Shown: piece after piece, positions 18,660 through 27,268 of the stretch
How the letters are laid out: each line of letters begins with the position of its first letter
Numbering within the stretch: the first letter of the stretch is position 1
Assembly: GCA_016874915.1 (NCBI GenBank)
Contig: VGSW01000002.1
Location: forward strand, 1 to 55,255
Length of the DNA: 55,255 bases
Reading direction: 5' to 3'
Source of the DNA: Deltaproteobacteria bacterium
GTDB lineage: Bacteria > Desulfobacterota > Desulfobaccia > Desulfobaccales > 0-14-0-80-60-11
Program-made: the position numbers and the translations under genes
The notes under the pieces: generated by a model
What the model saw: the letters and a program-made list of their open reading frames with translations, nothing else
Told to the model about the DNA's origin: nothing
Databases searched by the model: none

Positions 18660-18709
18660 ACGGACTACGAATCCGTGTGTCGGGGGTTCAAATCCCTCCG
18701 GGCGCGCCA
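18660..18709 (+). tRNA. 3' fragment of tRNA-Arg (anticodon ACG): anticodon arm, T arm, acceptor 3' strand and CCA. The 5' acceptor strand and D arm are absent.
   Basis: Anticodon stem ACGGA/TCCGT with loop CTACGAA. T arm GGGGG-TTCAAAT-CCCTC. Acceptor CGGGCGC plus G plus CCA ends at 18709. The upstream sequence cannot form a D arm or supply GCGCCCG. Confidence 0.7.
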
Positions 18710-18720
18710 TTGATTTCAGG

Positions 18721-18753
18721 AGGTTAGGCTTAATAAGCCTAACCTTTTTTTTT
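18721..18753 (+). terminator. Rho-independent terminator downstream of the tRNA fragment
   Basis: AGGTTAGGCTT-AAT-AAGCCTAACCT forms an 11-bp perfect stem and is followed by a run of 9 T. Confidence 0.8.
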
Positions 18754-18882
18754 GACTGTCAACACATTATCAACAGATGAGGCGGGGTCACTGTCAGAGG
18801 ATTCAGATATTCCTCAATGGTCAATGTCCGGCTCGGGCATTGGCTGCCTTCCTCAGTTTTCGCTTGATGGCAGGCCTTCCCG

Positions 18883-19866
18883 TTATGCCTCTCCGGGTGG
18901 AAACTGATGGAGCTGAGAGAGGGTGAATCCCTGAACCGGTCCGGTCTTTTGCAGCCAGGTCAGGAAAGTGCGGATTTTGTGAAGGAGTCGATGGACGGCT
19001 GCCGGGGTGGGGAATTGGGGACTGGCCCCGGGGTGGAGTTCGGAGGAGTGGAAAAACAGGTTAATCACCCTGCCGCGCCGGCGGCGGTGCAAAGACGCGG
19101 CCAACCGCATGGAGGTTAGGGGAAACCAGGCCGGCTGGGTACCGGCCGCCCCCAGATAACGGAAGGCCCAGAGAAGAAGTTCGCCCCCCTTTCTGGGAAG
19201 GGCGCGAGAAAGACGGTAAACCAGGGATGGGGCCAAGGCAAAGACCGGCACCAGGGTCAAGGGCGCCTCCCACAACTGGGGTTCAAGACCCGGCAAGGGG
19301 AAGGGGTCAGAGGGCCAGAGCAATTGCTCCAGGCCGCCCAGGTGGGGCATAAGCGGCACCATGCTGGAGTCCACCTTGAAGCCCAATTCAGGCAACAGGG
19401 ACAAAACCTGGTCACTTAAATCAAACCGCCCCATCCGGAAAGAGGTGGGAGTTACCCCCAGATTATTCTTAAGGCTGGAAAGTAAAGTGACCATCTTCTT
19501 CCGCAGCAGATCCCGGGGAAGATTCTTGGACCTCACCGGCTCCGGATAGGGCAGGTGGGCATATGGCGGGGTACTCCAGGGGTGCAGGTGAGCCCCCACC
19601 TCCGCCCCCCACCGCTCCCGCCAGTGGGCCAGAACCCGGCAGGCTTCCGGATCCCGGGATACCTGGTAGGTAACCAGAAAGGTTAGAGGAAAACCGAATT
19701 CCCGGGGGATGAACTCCAGATGCCGCAGCGCCGCCACGTTGCTCACCCCTGGCGGCGTCCTGGGGTACCTTCCCGCGAAAAGGCCCTCTTCTTCCACATC
19801 GACGCTGATTACCAGTTTCACCGTTGGTCCCGTTTCCCGTTGCCAGGTTTCAGGTTCAAGGTCCAA
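18883..19866 (-). CDS. Polysaccharide deacetylase-like (NodB/WalW-like) protein
   Basis: 327 aa. 'LVISVDVEEEG' and 'GAHLHPW' resemble the deacetylase Asp and His metal motifs. The TTG start from the track is uncertain. Confidence 0.5.
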   Translation of the reverse strand: MDLEPETWQRETGPTVKLVISVDVEEEGLFAGRYPRTPPGVSNVAALRHLEFIPREFGFPLTFLVTYQVSRDPEACRVLAHWRERWGAEVGAHLHPWSTPPYAHLPYPEPVRSKNLPRDLLRKKMVTLLSSLKNNLGVTPTSFRMGRFDLSDQVLSLLPELGFKVDSSMVPLMPHLGGLEQLLWPSDPFPLPGLEPQLWEAPLTLVPVFALAPSLVYRLSRALPRKGGELLLWAFRYLGAAGTQPAWFPLTSMRLAASLHRRRRGRVINLFFHSSELHPGASPQFPTPAAVHRLLHKIRTFLTWLQKTGPVQGFTLSQLHQFPPGEA

Positions 19867-19880
19867 AGTTCAAAGTTCAA
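19846..19880. repeat. Five tandem heptamers (GGTTTCA GGTTCAA GGTCCAA AGTTCAA AGTTCAA)
   Basis: Read directly at the 5' end of, or upstream of, the deacetylase-like gene in a divergent promoter region. The same heptamer recurs inverted at 55231-55251. Confidence 0.5.
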
Positions 19881-20045
19881 AGCAATTGCCCGAAAACCGA
19901 AGAGCTTGGCTTTCCGATATTTGCCGCCCAAACTCACCAAGTGTCAAGGGGTTTTTCTGGGAAAAGGGTTGGGGGCTTTCCTGACATTGAGGTATAATTG
20001 ATCTCTCGGGATACCGCGATATTTCGAGAAAGGTGAGAATGGCCC

Positions 20046-21176
20046 ATGAGGCATGGGGTTTCTGCCCATCACGCTTGGCCCAGACCGGCCCGGTTGGTGT
20101 TCCTGCTCCAGGATTTGCGGTTTGGGGGGACCCAACGGCAGGTTTTAGAGTTGGCCCGGGCCCTGGATGCCGCCCGGTTCCGGGTGGAGGTCTGGGTGAT
20201 GATGGCGGGAGCGGACCTGGAGCCCCTGGCCCGGACCTGGCAAATTTCGGTGGTCCGGCTGGCCCGGCAGTCCTGGGTGGGCCCCCCGGCGCTGTTCAAC
20301 TTGTGGCGCCGCCTCAAGAGCCATCCCCCGGACCTGTTCCTCTTGTTCACCGTGGTTCCCAACATTTGGGGACGAATTCTGGGCCGGCTGGTCCGGGTGC
20401 CCCTAATTGTCGGCAATTGCCGGGGCGGGGCCGCTCCCTGGCGCCAACATGAGCACTGGCTCTGGCCCCTGTCCGATCATCTCATCTGCAACTGCCAGGC
20501 TCTCAAACAAGTCCTGACACGCCGACATGGGGTGCCTGCCGACCGGGTCACGGTAGTACTTAATGGGGTGGATACGGCATTTTTCCGCCCCCCTCCCGGG
20601 GCTGGGGGGAATGGCCCCCTACGGGTGTTGTCTCTGGCCCGGTTTGCTCCGGACAAGGACCATGAGACGCTGCTCCGGGCCTTCGCCCTGGTGGCCCAAG
20701 ACTTACCGCAAACGGAATTGTGGCTGGTGGGAGAGGGCGACCAACAGGCAGTTTTGGAAAAAATGGCCTCATTGCTCTGTCCGCCCAAGTCGGTGCGGTT
20801 TTTCCCCGGACGGCCAGATGTGCGGCCGCTCCTGGAGCAGGCCAGCCTCCTGGCGCTGAGTTCCATCCACGAAGCCCTGCCCAATGTCCTCCTGGAGGCT
20901 ATGGCCGCGGGGTTGCCGGTGGTGGCGACCAAGGTGGGAGGGGTGCCTGAGGCAGTAGGGCATGGCCAAACCGGCTGGCTGGTGCCGCCCCGGGACCCGC
21001 CCGCCCTGGCCGCGGCCCTGCGGCAGTTGCTGGCCAGTCCGGAAACCCAGCAGACCTTCGGGGAGGCGGGACGGCGCAAGGCCATGGAGGTTTTTTCCCT
21101 GGAGGGCATGAGGCGCGGCTACGAAGCAGTCTTGCAACGGTTGCTACACAGCAAGTCGGGGCCTCAGCATGGTTGA
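20046..21176 (+). CDS. Glycosyltransferase family 4 (GT-B)
   Basis: 376 aa. 'FGGTQRQVLELARAL' and the C-terminal 'SSIHEALPNVLLEAMAAGLPVVATKVGGVPEAV' (E-x7-E region). Confidence 0.85.
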   Translation: MRHGVSAHHAWPRPARLVFLLQDLRFGGTQRQVLELARALDAARFRVEVWVMMAGADLEPLARTWQISVVRLARQSWVGPPALFNLWRRLKSHPPDLFLLFTVVPNIWGRILGRLVRVPLIVGNCRGGAAPWRQHEHWLWPLSDHLICNCQALKQVLTRRHGVPADRVTVVLNGVDTAFFRPPPGAGGNGPLRVLSLARFAPDKDHETLLRAFALVAQDLPQTELWLVGEGDQQAVLEKMASLLCPPKSVRFFPGRPDVRPLLEQASLLALSSIHEALPNVLLEAMAAGLPVVATKVGGVPEAVGHGQTGWLVPPRDPPALAAALRQLLASPETQQTFGEAGRRKAMEVFSLEGMRRGYEAVLQRLLHSKSGPQHG

Positions 21177-21185
21177 GGTGAATAG

Positions 21186-22355
21186 TTGAGCCATAACCCC
21201 CTTACCGGCGCGCTGGCGCTTTTGAAGCAGGTTAATCCCGGAGCCTACCTCAATGCCTTTTTGGCTTATGCCAGCGGGCGGCTCCGGGTGACCAAACCGC
21301 GCAGTCTGCCGCTGAAGCTGGACATCATCTTGACCAAGGCCTGCAACCTGCGGTGCACCTTCTGCATCTCCTATGGTTCTCTCACCGGGGAGAGGTGGAT
21401 GGATTTTGGGCTTTATGAACGCATCGCCCGCCGCTTATTCCCCACCGCCTTCTCAGTGCTGTTCTGTTCCGGCGGGGAACCGTTGCTCTATCCCCGGTTG
21501 CGCGAGGCTCTAAAGTTGGCCCAAACCCATCGCACCGCCACCATAATGGTGAGCAACGGCATGCTTTTGGACCGGGAAACGGCCCGGTGGCTTGTCGCCG
21601 ATCAGAGTCTGCACGATTTAAGAATTTCATTTGACGGGGCCAGCAAAGAAACGCTGGAAAGGATCCGGCGGGGCGCCCGGTATGAGACGATTCTGGAAAA
21701 CCTGGCCTACCTCACCCACCTGAAACGGCGACAGGGGCGCGTCTTTCCCCGATTATCCCTCCGGTATGTGGTGATGAAATCCAACGCCCCGGAGCTGCCG
21801 GAAATCTTCCGGGTCGTGGCGCCGCAGGGGGTGGAGAGAGTGGAGGCGGTCTCTCTCATTGTGGCCAATGACCTGGATTTTCAGGAGTCTCTGTTTAACC
21901 ATCGGCAGTTGGCGGCGGAGGTTTTTGCCCAGGCCCGATGCCAGGCCCGGCAATATGGCATTGCCTTGAAGCTGCCGCCATTGCCCGGGTCTGATGCCGG
22001 CAGGCGTAGATGCCGGCAGCTCTGGGAATTTTGTCAGATAGACACCGACGGTTCCATCAGGATCTGTTACCCTTCCTGGCGGCAGCGGCTGGGCTTTTTT
22101 GACGACGGGTTTGAGCGCGTCTGGCGGGGTCTGCATTATCAGCGGCTGCGGCAAACCGTGGACAGCAGCATCCCCTATTTTCCTTATTGCCGCCACTGTT
22201 ACGTACACCAGGGTTTTAATCAGAAAAGCTCCCACCACCAGGAGCTCCAGCCGGAAGCATACACCATTCCCGGCCTGGAAGACCTCCAGGTCCCCTTCAA
22301 TGAACGGCGGCAGGAAAACCTGGACGCCTGGCGGTCCCGAGAAAGGCTCCACTGA
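21186..22355 (+). CDS. Radical SAM protein with C-terminal SPASM/twitch-like Cys-rich domain
   Basis: 389 aa. 'LTKACNLRCTFCIS' (CxxxCxxC), 'SGGEPLLYP', and C-terminal Cys clusters ('CRQLWEFCQIDTDGSIRIC', 'PYCRHC'). Confidence 0.8.
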   Translation: MSHNPLTGALALLKQVNPGAYLNAFLAYASGRLRVTKPRSLPLKLDIILTKACNLRCTFCISYGSLTGERWMDFGLYERIARRLFPTAFSVLFCSGGEPLLYPRLREALKLAQTHRTATIMVSNGMLLDRETARWLVADQSLHDLRISFDGASKETLERIRRGARYETILENLAYLTHLKRRQGRVFPRLSLRYVVMKSNAPELPEIFRVVAPQGVERVEAVSLIVANDLDFQESLFNHRQLAAEVFAQARCQARQYGIALKLPPLPGSDAGRRRCRQLWEFCQIDTDGSIRICYPSWRQRLGFFDDGFERVWRGLHYQRLRQTVDSSIPYFPYCRHCYVHQGFNQKSSHHQELQPEAYTIPGLEDLQVPFNERRQENLDAWRSRERLH

Positions 22356-22405
22356 CGTCGCCGTGCCGGCGCGTTATAACGGCAACTATCCGCGGGTTGG
22401 CACGG

Positions 22406-23401
22406 TCAGGAGCCTCCTTGGAGAAGGGAAGGCGGCCTGCCGCAGATGGCAGTGATCAGGCCCCAATGCCAGCCAGCCACGGTTACCAAGAGGAAAAGCA
22501 GCCAGCGCCAGCCCCGGCGGCGGTCTCCGGTCTTGATCCAAAACCACAGGAAAGCCGCCATCCCCGGCAGGAGGAGAACCGGCCAGGTATGCGGGTTCCG
22601 GAGCAGTAAACCCAAAAGCAAAAAGGCCCCGGCCAACAGGCCCGCGGACAGGTAGTGAATCTTGCGAAAAAGACCGTATTTGCGGATGAGCGGCCACTGG
22701 CAGGCGCCGTAACGCCTGACCATCCGGGCCAGGCCCCCGTAGTTCCGGGGGCGGTAGTGGGCCACCCGGGCGGCGGGGTTGTAAAGGAGCCGATACCCCC
22801 GGCGCCGGATTCTCAGATCCAGATCCACATCCTCTCCGGGCCACAGAGACTCATCGAAGCCCCCGACTTCCTCCAGGACCTGCTTCCGGTAGGCGGCGTT
22901 GCAACTGGGGTTATGCTCCGTTTCTTCCAGGCCGGAAGAAGTCTTGATGTAGTCGGTGACAAAGCCGATGGCCTTAAAAAAAGCCTGAACCTCCTTTCCG
23001 AAATCGGTGTCGTCCGGAGGGCTGATCTGGTCGCCGCCCACGCCAGCCACCTGGGGCGTGAGGAACCCCTTTTCCAGCTCCCTTAGCCAGGCCCTATCCA
23101 CCACGCAGTCGCTGTCGGTGAAGGCGACGATGGCGCCCCGGGCCGCCTGCATGCCCAAATTACGAGCCCGGGAAGGGCCGCCCGGGGGTACCTTGATGAG
23201 CCTAACTCTGGAGTATGCGGCACAGATTTCCGAGGTGGCGTCGGTGGAGCCGTCGTCCACCACGATAACTTCGTAGGAAGGATGCTCCAGGGCGGTGGCG
23301 GCCTCCAAGCAGCAAGCCATGGTAGCCTGGGCGTTGCGGGCGGCGATAACGATGGAGAAGACGGGGTCCGGCGCCATCACTTGCCCCGCTGGGCAGCCCA
23401 C
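22406..23401 (-). CDS. Glycosyltransferase family 2 with C-terminal transmembrane segments
   Basis: 'FSIVIAARNAQ', 'VIVVDDGSTD', 'ARNLGMQAARGAIVAFTDSDC'. The more likely start is the ATG at 23377 (MAPDPVFS). Confidence 0.85.
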   Translation of the reverse strand: MGCPAGQVMAPDPVFSIVIAARNAQATMACCLEAATALEHPSYEVIVVDDGSTDATSEICAAYSRVRLIKVPPGGPSRARNLGMQAARGAIVAFTDSDCVVDRAWLRELEKGFLTPQVAGVGGDQISPPDDTDFGKEVQAFFKAIGFVTDYIKTSSGLEETEHNPSCNAAYRKQVLEEVGGFDESLWPGEDVDLDLRIRRRGYRLLYNPAARVAHYRPRNYGGLARMVRRYGACQWPLIRKYGLFRKIHYLSAGLLAGAFLLLGLLLRNPHTWPVLLLPGMAAFLWFWIKTGDRRRGWRWLLFLLVTVAGWHWGLITAICGRPPSLLQGGS

Positions 23402-23730
23402 TGCTGGGTCCGGTTAAACCAGGGGAGATAAGGCTCGTTGATCAGGATAATCTTCATGGACCTCAAAGGAGAGCTTAACTCTGTCTCTTGCTATTCATAC
23501 CAATTCGAGAACTCTGCGAAACTTGCGCGAAGGCCAAAATCTTCGGCTTTTATCCCCCCTCCCCTCGCAGCTTGTTTGGACCGGAGAGATGGGTAACAAA
23601 CGTTCGGGGACATAGGTAACACATTTTTGGTTAAGTTTGTAAACTCATGCGGCCACAAAATTTTTTTATAAAAAAAGCCTGCCGTTCCATGATAAACTGG
23701 CCTTCCCCGGCGGAGGATAGGGTCTCGCTG

Positions 23731-23795
23731 TTACAAAAGTGATTTTGGGGGGAGGGCCGGGGGACATTTTCCGTAAGTGCCCCCCGCCCTCCCTC
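23731..23795. repeat. REP-like GC-rich palindromic element, copy a
   Basis: TTACAAAAGTGATTTTG plus GGGGGAGGGCCGGGGGA, a loop, then CCCCCCGCCCTCCC. It is related to the copies at 39285-39328 and 52772-52846. Confidence 0.6.
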
Positions 23796-23853
23796 AAGCT
23801 CCCCTCCCAACCCCCGGCCCCCTCTCCCAATGGCTTTTCTCAAAAGTCTCAAA

Positions 23854-26037
23854 CTAACGCCGTTCCAGCCGCAGCAGCACCGAAGCGCCCTGGTCGTCCA
23901 GGACGGTGGCTTTCAGGCCGTCCAGGGGCGGCGGCAGCAGATGAGCTGAATCAAAGGAAAAGGCCACCCGGCCGGTAACTGGGTCTTTGGCCATCACGGT
24001 CACCACTGCTTTGTGGGCCCAGGGCCAGCGATGAGTCGAATCTCCCAGGTTGATTCCGCCGATGGCCAGCCGGTGGGGTGTCTGGGGAAAGATGACCCGG
24101 TATCCCAGGATATGGTGGGCCTGGCTCCACGGGAACTCCACCCAGCCGCTCCAGTTCGCTGCCACCGAGGTTTTCGCCGCGGCCGCATGGGGAGCCGGAT
24201 GGGGACCGGTGAGGGGGCGGCATTGGAGTTCGGCGGGGCCGCCGGGATTACTTACCCATACCCTCAAAAAGGCAGGCCGCGGTCCCTCTTGGGGTTCCAC
24301 TTGCAGCCACCGGAAGTCCGCGGCTTCTAAAGATCCGCTCCGGCCCAGAGGCTCGTAATTTCTACCCCGGTGCAGGGGGGAATAGTGAAACTGGGGGCCG
24401 GTGACGCACCGATCCTTTTCGTCCAACCCTGCCAGGGCGGGATGGAAAACTATCGGGTTATAGGCCACCGCAAAGCGGATATCCGGCCGGGAGAGCCATT
24501 TCCCAACCCCTTCCGTATCTTGGAAGGCCGGATGGGAATACACCGCGCCCCGTTGCATGGCCCCGTGGGCAAAATAATAGCCCATGGGTAGCAAGGCGGT
24601 GTAAAGCACCCGGTCCCCGGGCCGGGATTCTTCCAGCAACCGCCGGGGCTGCCGGGAGGCGAAAGTCAGAGACTGCCGGAGGCTCATATGCTCCCGGGTG
24701 GCATAAAGCTGTTCGCCTCCGGCCAGGACCATATTCCCCATATACCCCACCATTACGGCCAGGGCCAGGACAGGCCAGTAGGCCGCCAGTCCCTTGGCCC
24801 CTGTAGAATCGGGGTCCTCATGGCGGGCTGCCCAAAGAGCCAGGCAGCCGCGCCCGGCATAAGCCACCGTCTGCCCCACTGCGCCGAAAAGGGCCGCTGC
24901 CAGGGGGATCCACATGCGGAAGAACAGGTCTCCCGGACCGGAAAACAGGTCGCGGTGAAAGAGAGTTGCCAGCAGAACCAGGGGATAAAACGTCAGGAAC
25001 CGGCGGATCACCAAGCGCCGCTCCTCCGGGGCGGTGAGGTATCCCAAGGCGGAGGCCAGGCAAAACAGCGGCAAAGAGCCGAAGAAACCATCCTTCAGCC
25101 GGACTATCTCCGGGAAGAGGCCCATGAGGTTGGCCAGGAAGGCGGCGCCCAGGCCGCGGCCCAGGAGGATGATCCGGAGAAAAGCCAAGGAGTCGAATAT
25201 AGGAGGCTTCTTCAAGATTGCCGCCAAGACCAGGATGGCGCCGAGAAGGGCGGCGGCCGCGGCCATAGCCCATTTCATGCGGCGGGGGGTCTGCCCTGGC
25301 GCGGCCAGCCAGGCCATGATGATGCTGATGAGGGCATAGACACCCCCCAGAGGATGGATGGCGGCCAGGGGGAGGGTGCTCAGCACCAGGACCCAGGGGG
25401 CATTGCCCCGGCGGACGATAAGCCGGGCCCACACCAACAAAGCCAAGCCCAGGGCCAGGTTAGAGGGAGTGCAATAAAGCAAACCGGAATCCGGAAAGAC
25501 CTTGAAGGCCAGGAGCGCCAGGCCGATACCGGCTGCGCTACGGCCCCAGAGGCTGGCCAGGAAGCAACTGAAGGACAATCCGAAGAAAATCGGACTGCCC
25601 CCCCATACCACCTTGTAGGCAGAAAACAAATCGCCGGTCAAGCGGCTGACGCCCAGCAGAAGTAAAGAGAACAGGGGATGGTAAAAGGCGAAAGGAAAAC
25701 TGGCCAGTTGGCGTTGCCGCAGGGCTTCCGGGTCGGCCACCGGCTCGGAGAATTGCTCCCGTAAATCTATAAGTGCTGGACAATCCTGAAAGAAACACTC
25801 CTTTAGCTGGGCGGTGCGCACCAGGTAGGCCAGGCTGTCGTCCGCCTCGGGGGGCAAGGCCCGGTTCCACAAGGGAGGCAGAATGACCAGGCTCTGCACC
25901 GTCACATAGAGGAGCAGGCCCAGAAGGAGAACCCACCAGGACAGGGTCTGCCTGGCCCGGGGCGAGGTGTCCAGGGTTATAAGCAGTCGCGTGCCGGAGT
26001 CTCGGGCCCGGTTAAGGAACGCGGACAAGAAATTCAT
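23854..26037 (-). CDS. Large polytopic membrane protein with C-terminal soluble domain (possible GT-C-type glycosyltransferase or polymerase)
   Basis: 727 aa. Many hydrophobic segments occupy the first ~430 residues, followed by a hydrophilic C-terminal ~300 residues. It is the last gene of the exporter operon. The functional call is inference only. Confidence 0.4.
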   Translation of the reverse strand: MNFLSAFLNRARDSGTRLLITLDTSPRARQTLSWWVLLLGLLLYVTVQSLVILPPLWNRALPPEADDSLAYLVRTAQLKECFFQDCPALIDLREQFSEPVADPEALRQRQLASFPFAFYHPLFSLLLLGVSRLTGDLFSAYKVVWGGSPIFFGLSFSCFLASLWGRSAAGIGLALLAFKVFPDSGLLYCTPSNLALGLALLVWARLIVRRGNAPWVLVLSTLPLAAIHPLGGVYALISIIMAWLAAPGQTPRRMKWAMAAAAALLGAILVLAAILKKPPIFDSLAFLRIILLGRGLGAAFLANLMGLFPEIVRLKDGFFGSLPLFCLASALGYLTAPEERRLVIRRFLTFYPLVLLATLFHRDLFSGPGDLFFRMWIPLAAALFGAVGQTVAYAGRGCLALWAARHEDPDSTGAKGLAAYWPVLALAVMVGYMGNMVLAGGEQLYATREHMSLRQSLTFASRQPRRLLEESRPGDRVLYTALLPMGYYFAHGAMQRGAVYSHPAFQDTEGVGKWLSRPDIRFAVAYNPIVFHPALAGLDEKDRCVTGPQFHYSPLHRGRNYEPLGRSGSLEAADFRWLQVEPQEGPRPAFLRVWVSNPGGPAELQCRPLTGPHPAPHAAAAKTSVAANWSGWVEFPWSQAHHILGYRVIFPQTPHRLAIGGINLGDSTHRWPWAHKAVVTVMAKDPVTGRVAFSFDSAHLLPPPLDGLKATVLDDQGASVLLRLERR

Positions 26038-26063
26038 GGGATTCGGGTCGAATGCCCCCAGCC

Positions 26064-27239
26064 TTATTCATAGCGGATGGCATCCACCACTTCCATGCGG
26101 CTGGCATGCAGAGAAGGGTAAAATCCGGCGCCCAGCCCCAGGATCAGGGCGAAGAGGAAGGTCAATCCCAGACAGCCCCAAAACACCTCGGCGGGAGGGG
26201 GGGAGTCGATGACCCATCCCATGACCGCCACGATCAACCGGGCCAGGACCGCCCCGGCCACGAAGGCGACGCAGCTCAACAGGATGGCCTCCGTGAGAAA
26301 TTGTGCCAGAATATCCTTGTCTTCGGCTCCCAGAGCCTTTTTCAGGCCAATTTCCCTGGTCCGGCTCCGCACGGCCGCCATCATGACATTCCAGATGCCC
26401 GCTCCCCCTAGGATAAAAGTGGCGCCGATGGCCAGATAGATAAAGAATTCGGTCCACCAGAACACCCGCTGCACCCGCCTTAACCCCTCCCAGGGGACAT
26501 GGACCCGCAGATACTGGGCGGACTGGTATTGCTGCACCACTTCGGGCACCGCGGCGGCAACCGCGGGCACATCATCTGAGGTTATGCAGCGGAGATAAAG
26601 CCGGTCCGTCAGGACGACCCCTGGAAACCTGTCCAGGACGGTGGTCAAGGGGAGGAAGGCGCAGTCGGACAAACCCAGGTCCGTAATGCCTCCCAGTACC
26701 CCGGTGACCTCGTAGCCTTCTTTATAAATTTCCAGGGTCTGGCCCTTTAGTTGGTAGTTTCCGAAAATCCTATCGGCCAGGGTGGCTCCCAGGACACATT
26801 CCCGCTTCCGGGCGGCTACGGTTTCGGAGGTGAACAGGCTTCCGGTCAGGGCCCAGAAACTGCGCACCGCCCAGAAATGTTCATCCACGCCCACCACTGG
26901 GAAGCGATATTCCCGGCCCCCGGAGAGATTGGTTTTTCCTCCCGTGGAGGCCACCAGGCTGACTCGCATCACTCCCGGCAATTGGCGCAGGGCGTCCACC
27001 GCCGCGGCCTGGAAAGATTGGGGCCAGGGGGCCAGGGCGTTGTCAAAATAGACCCGCATCACCGTGACCCCCCCGATGAGGTTCAGGTCTTTATGCAGGT
27101 TCCGCTTGAAGTCCCGGCTCATGGTGATCATGGTAATGAGCCCGGCAGTGCCCAGGGCGATGGCCAGGACTACTCCCAGATAGCGCCGTTGGCGCAGGAG
27201 CTGGCGGGTACTGACGTAAAGCAGGTCAACAAAATGCAC
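26064..27239 (-). CDS. ABC transporter permease, FtsX/MacB/DevC type
   Basis: 391 aa. An N-terminal TM segment is followed by a periplasmic domain. The FtsX motif 'IGLKKALGAEDKDILAQFLTEAILLS' is followed by 3 C-terminal TM segments. Confidence 0.85.
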   Translation of the reverse strand: MHFVDLLYVSTRQLLRQRRYLGVVLAIALGTAGLITMITMSRDFKRNLHKDLNLIGGVTVMRVYFDNALAPWPQSFQAAAVDALRQLPGVMRVSLVASTGGKTNLSGGREYRFPVVGVDEHFWAVRSFWALTGSLFTSETVAARKRECVLGATLADRIFGNYQLKGQTLEIYKEGYEVTGVLGGITDLGLSDCAFLPLTTVLDRFPGVVLTDRLYLRCITSDDVPAVAAAVPEVVQQYQSAQYLRVHVPWEGLRRVQRVFWWTEFFIYLAIGATFILGGAGIWNVMMAAVRSRTREIGLKKALGAEDKDILAQFLTEAILLSCVAFVAGAVLARLIVAVMGWVIDSPPPAEVFWGCLGLTFLFALILGLGAGFYPSLHASRMEVVDAIRYE

Positions 27240-27268
27240 GGTCTTATAATCCCGTCTGGTTGCGCCCT

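Larger units (their letters stand above)
9700..18709. mobile_element. Integrative element, phage-satellite/PICI-like (int, xis-like, rep-like, iterons, DnaB-like helicase, primase); the left boundary is uncertain
   Basis: GC is 35-55% against 63-66% in the flanks. A tyrosine integrase sits at the right end, next to a 3' fragment of tRNA-Arg. All genes are on the minus strand. No capsid or packaging genes were recognised. Confidence 0.6.
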
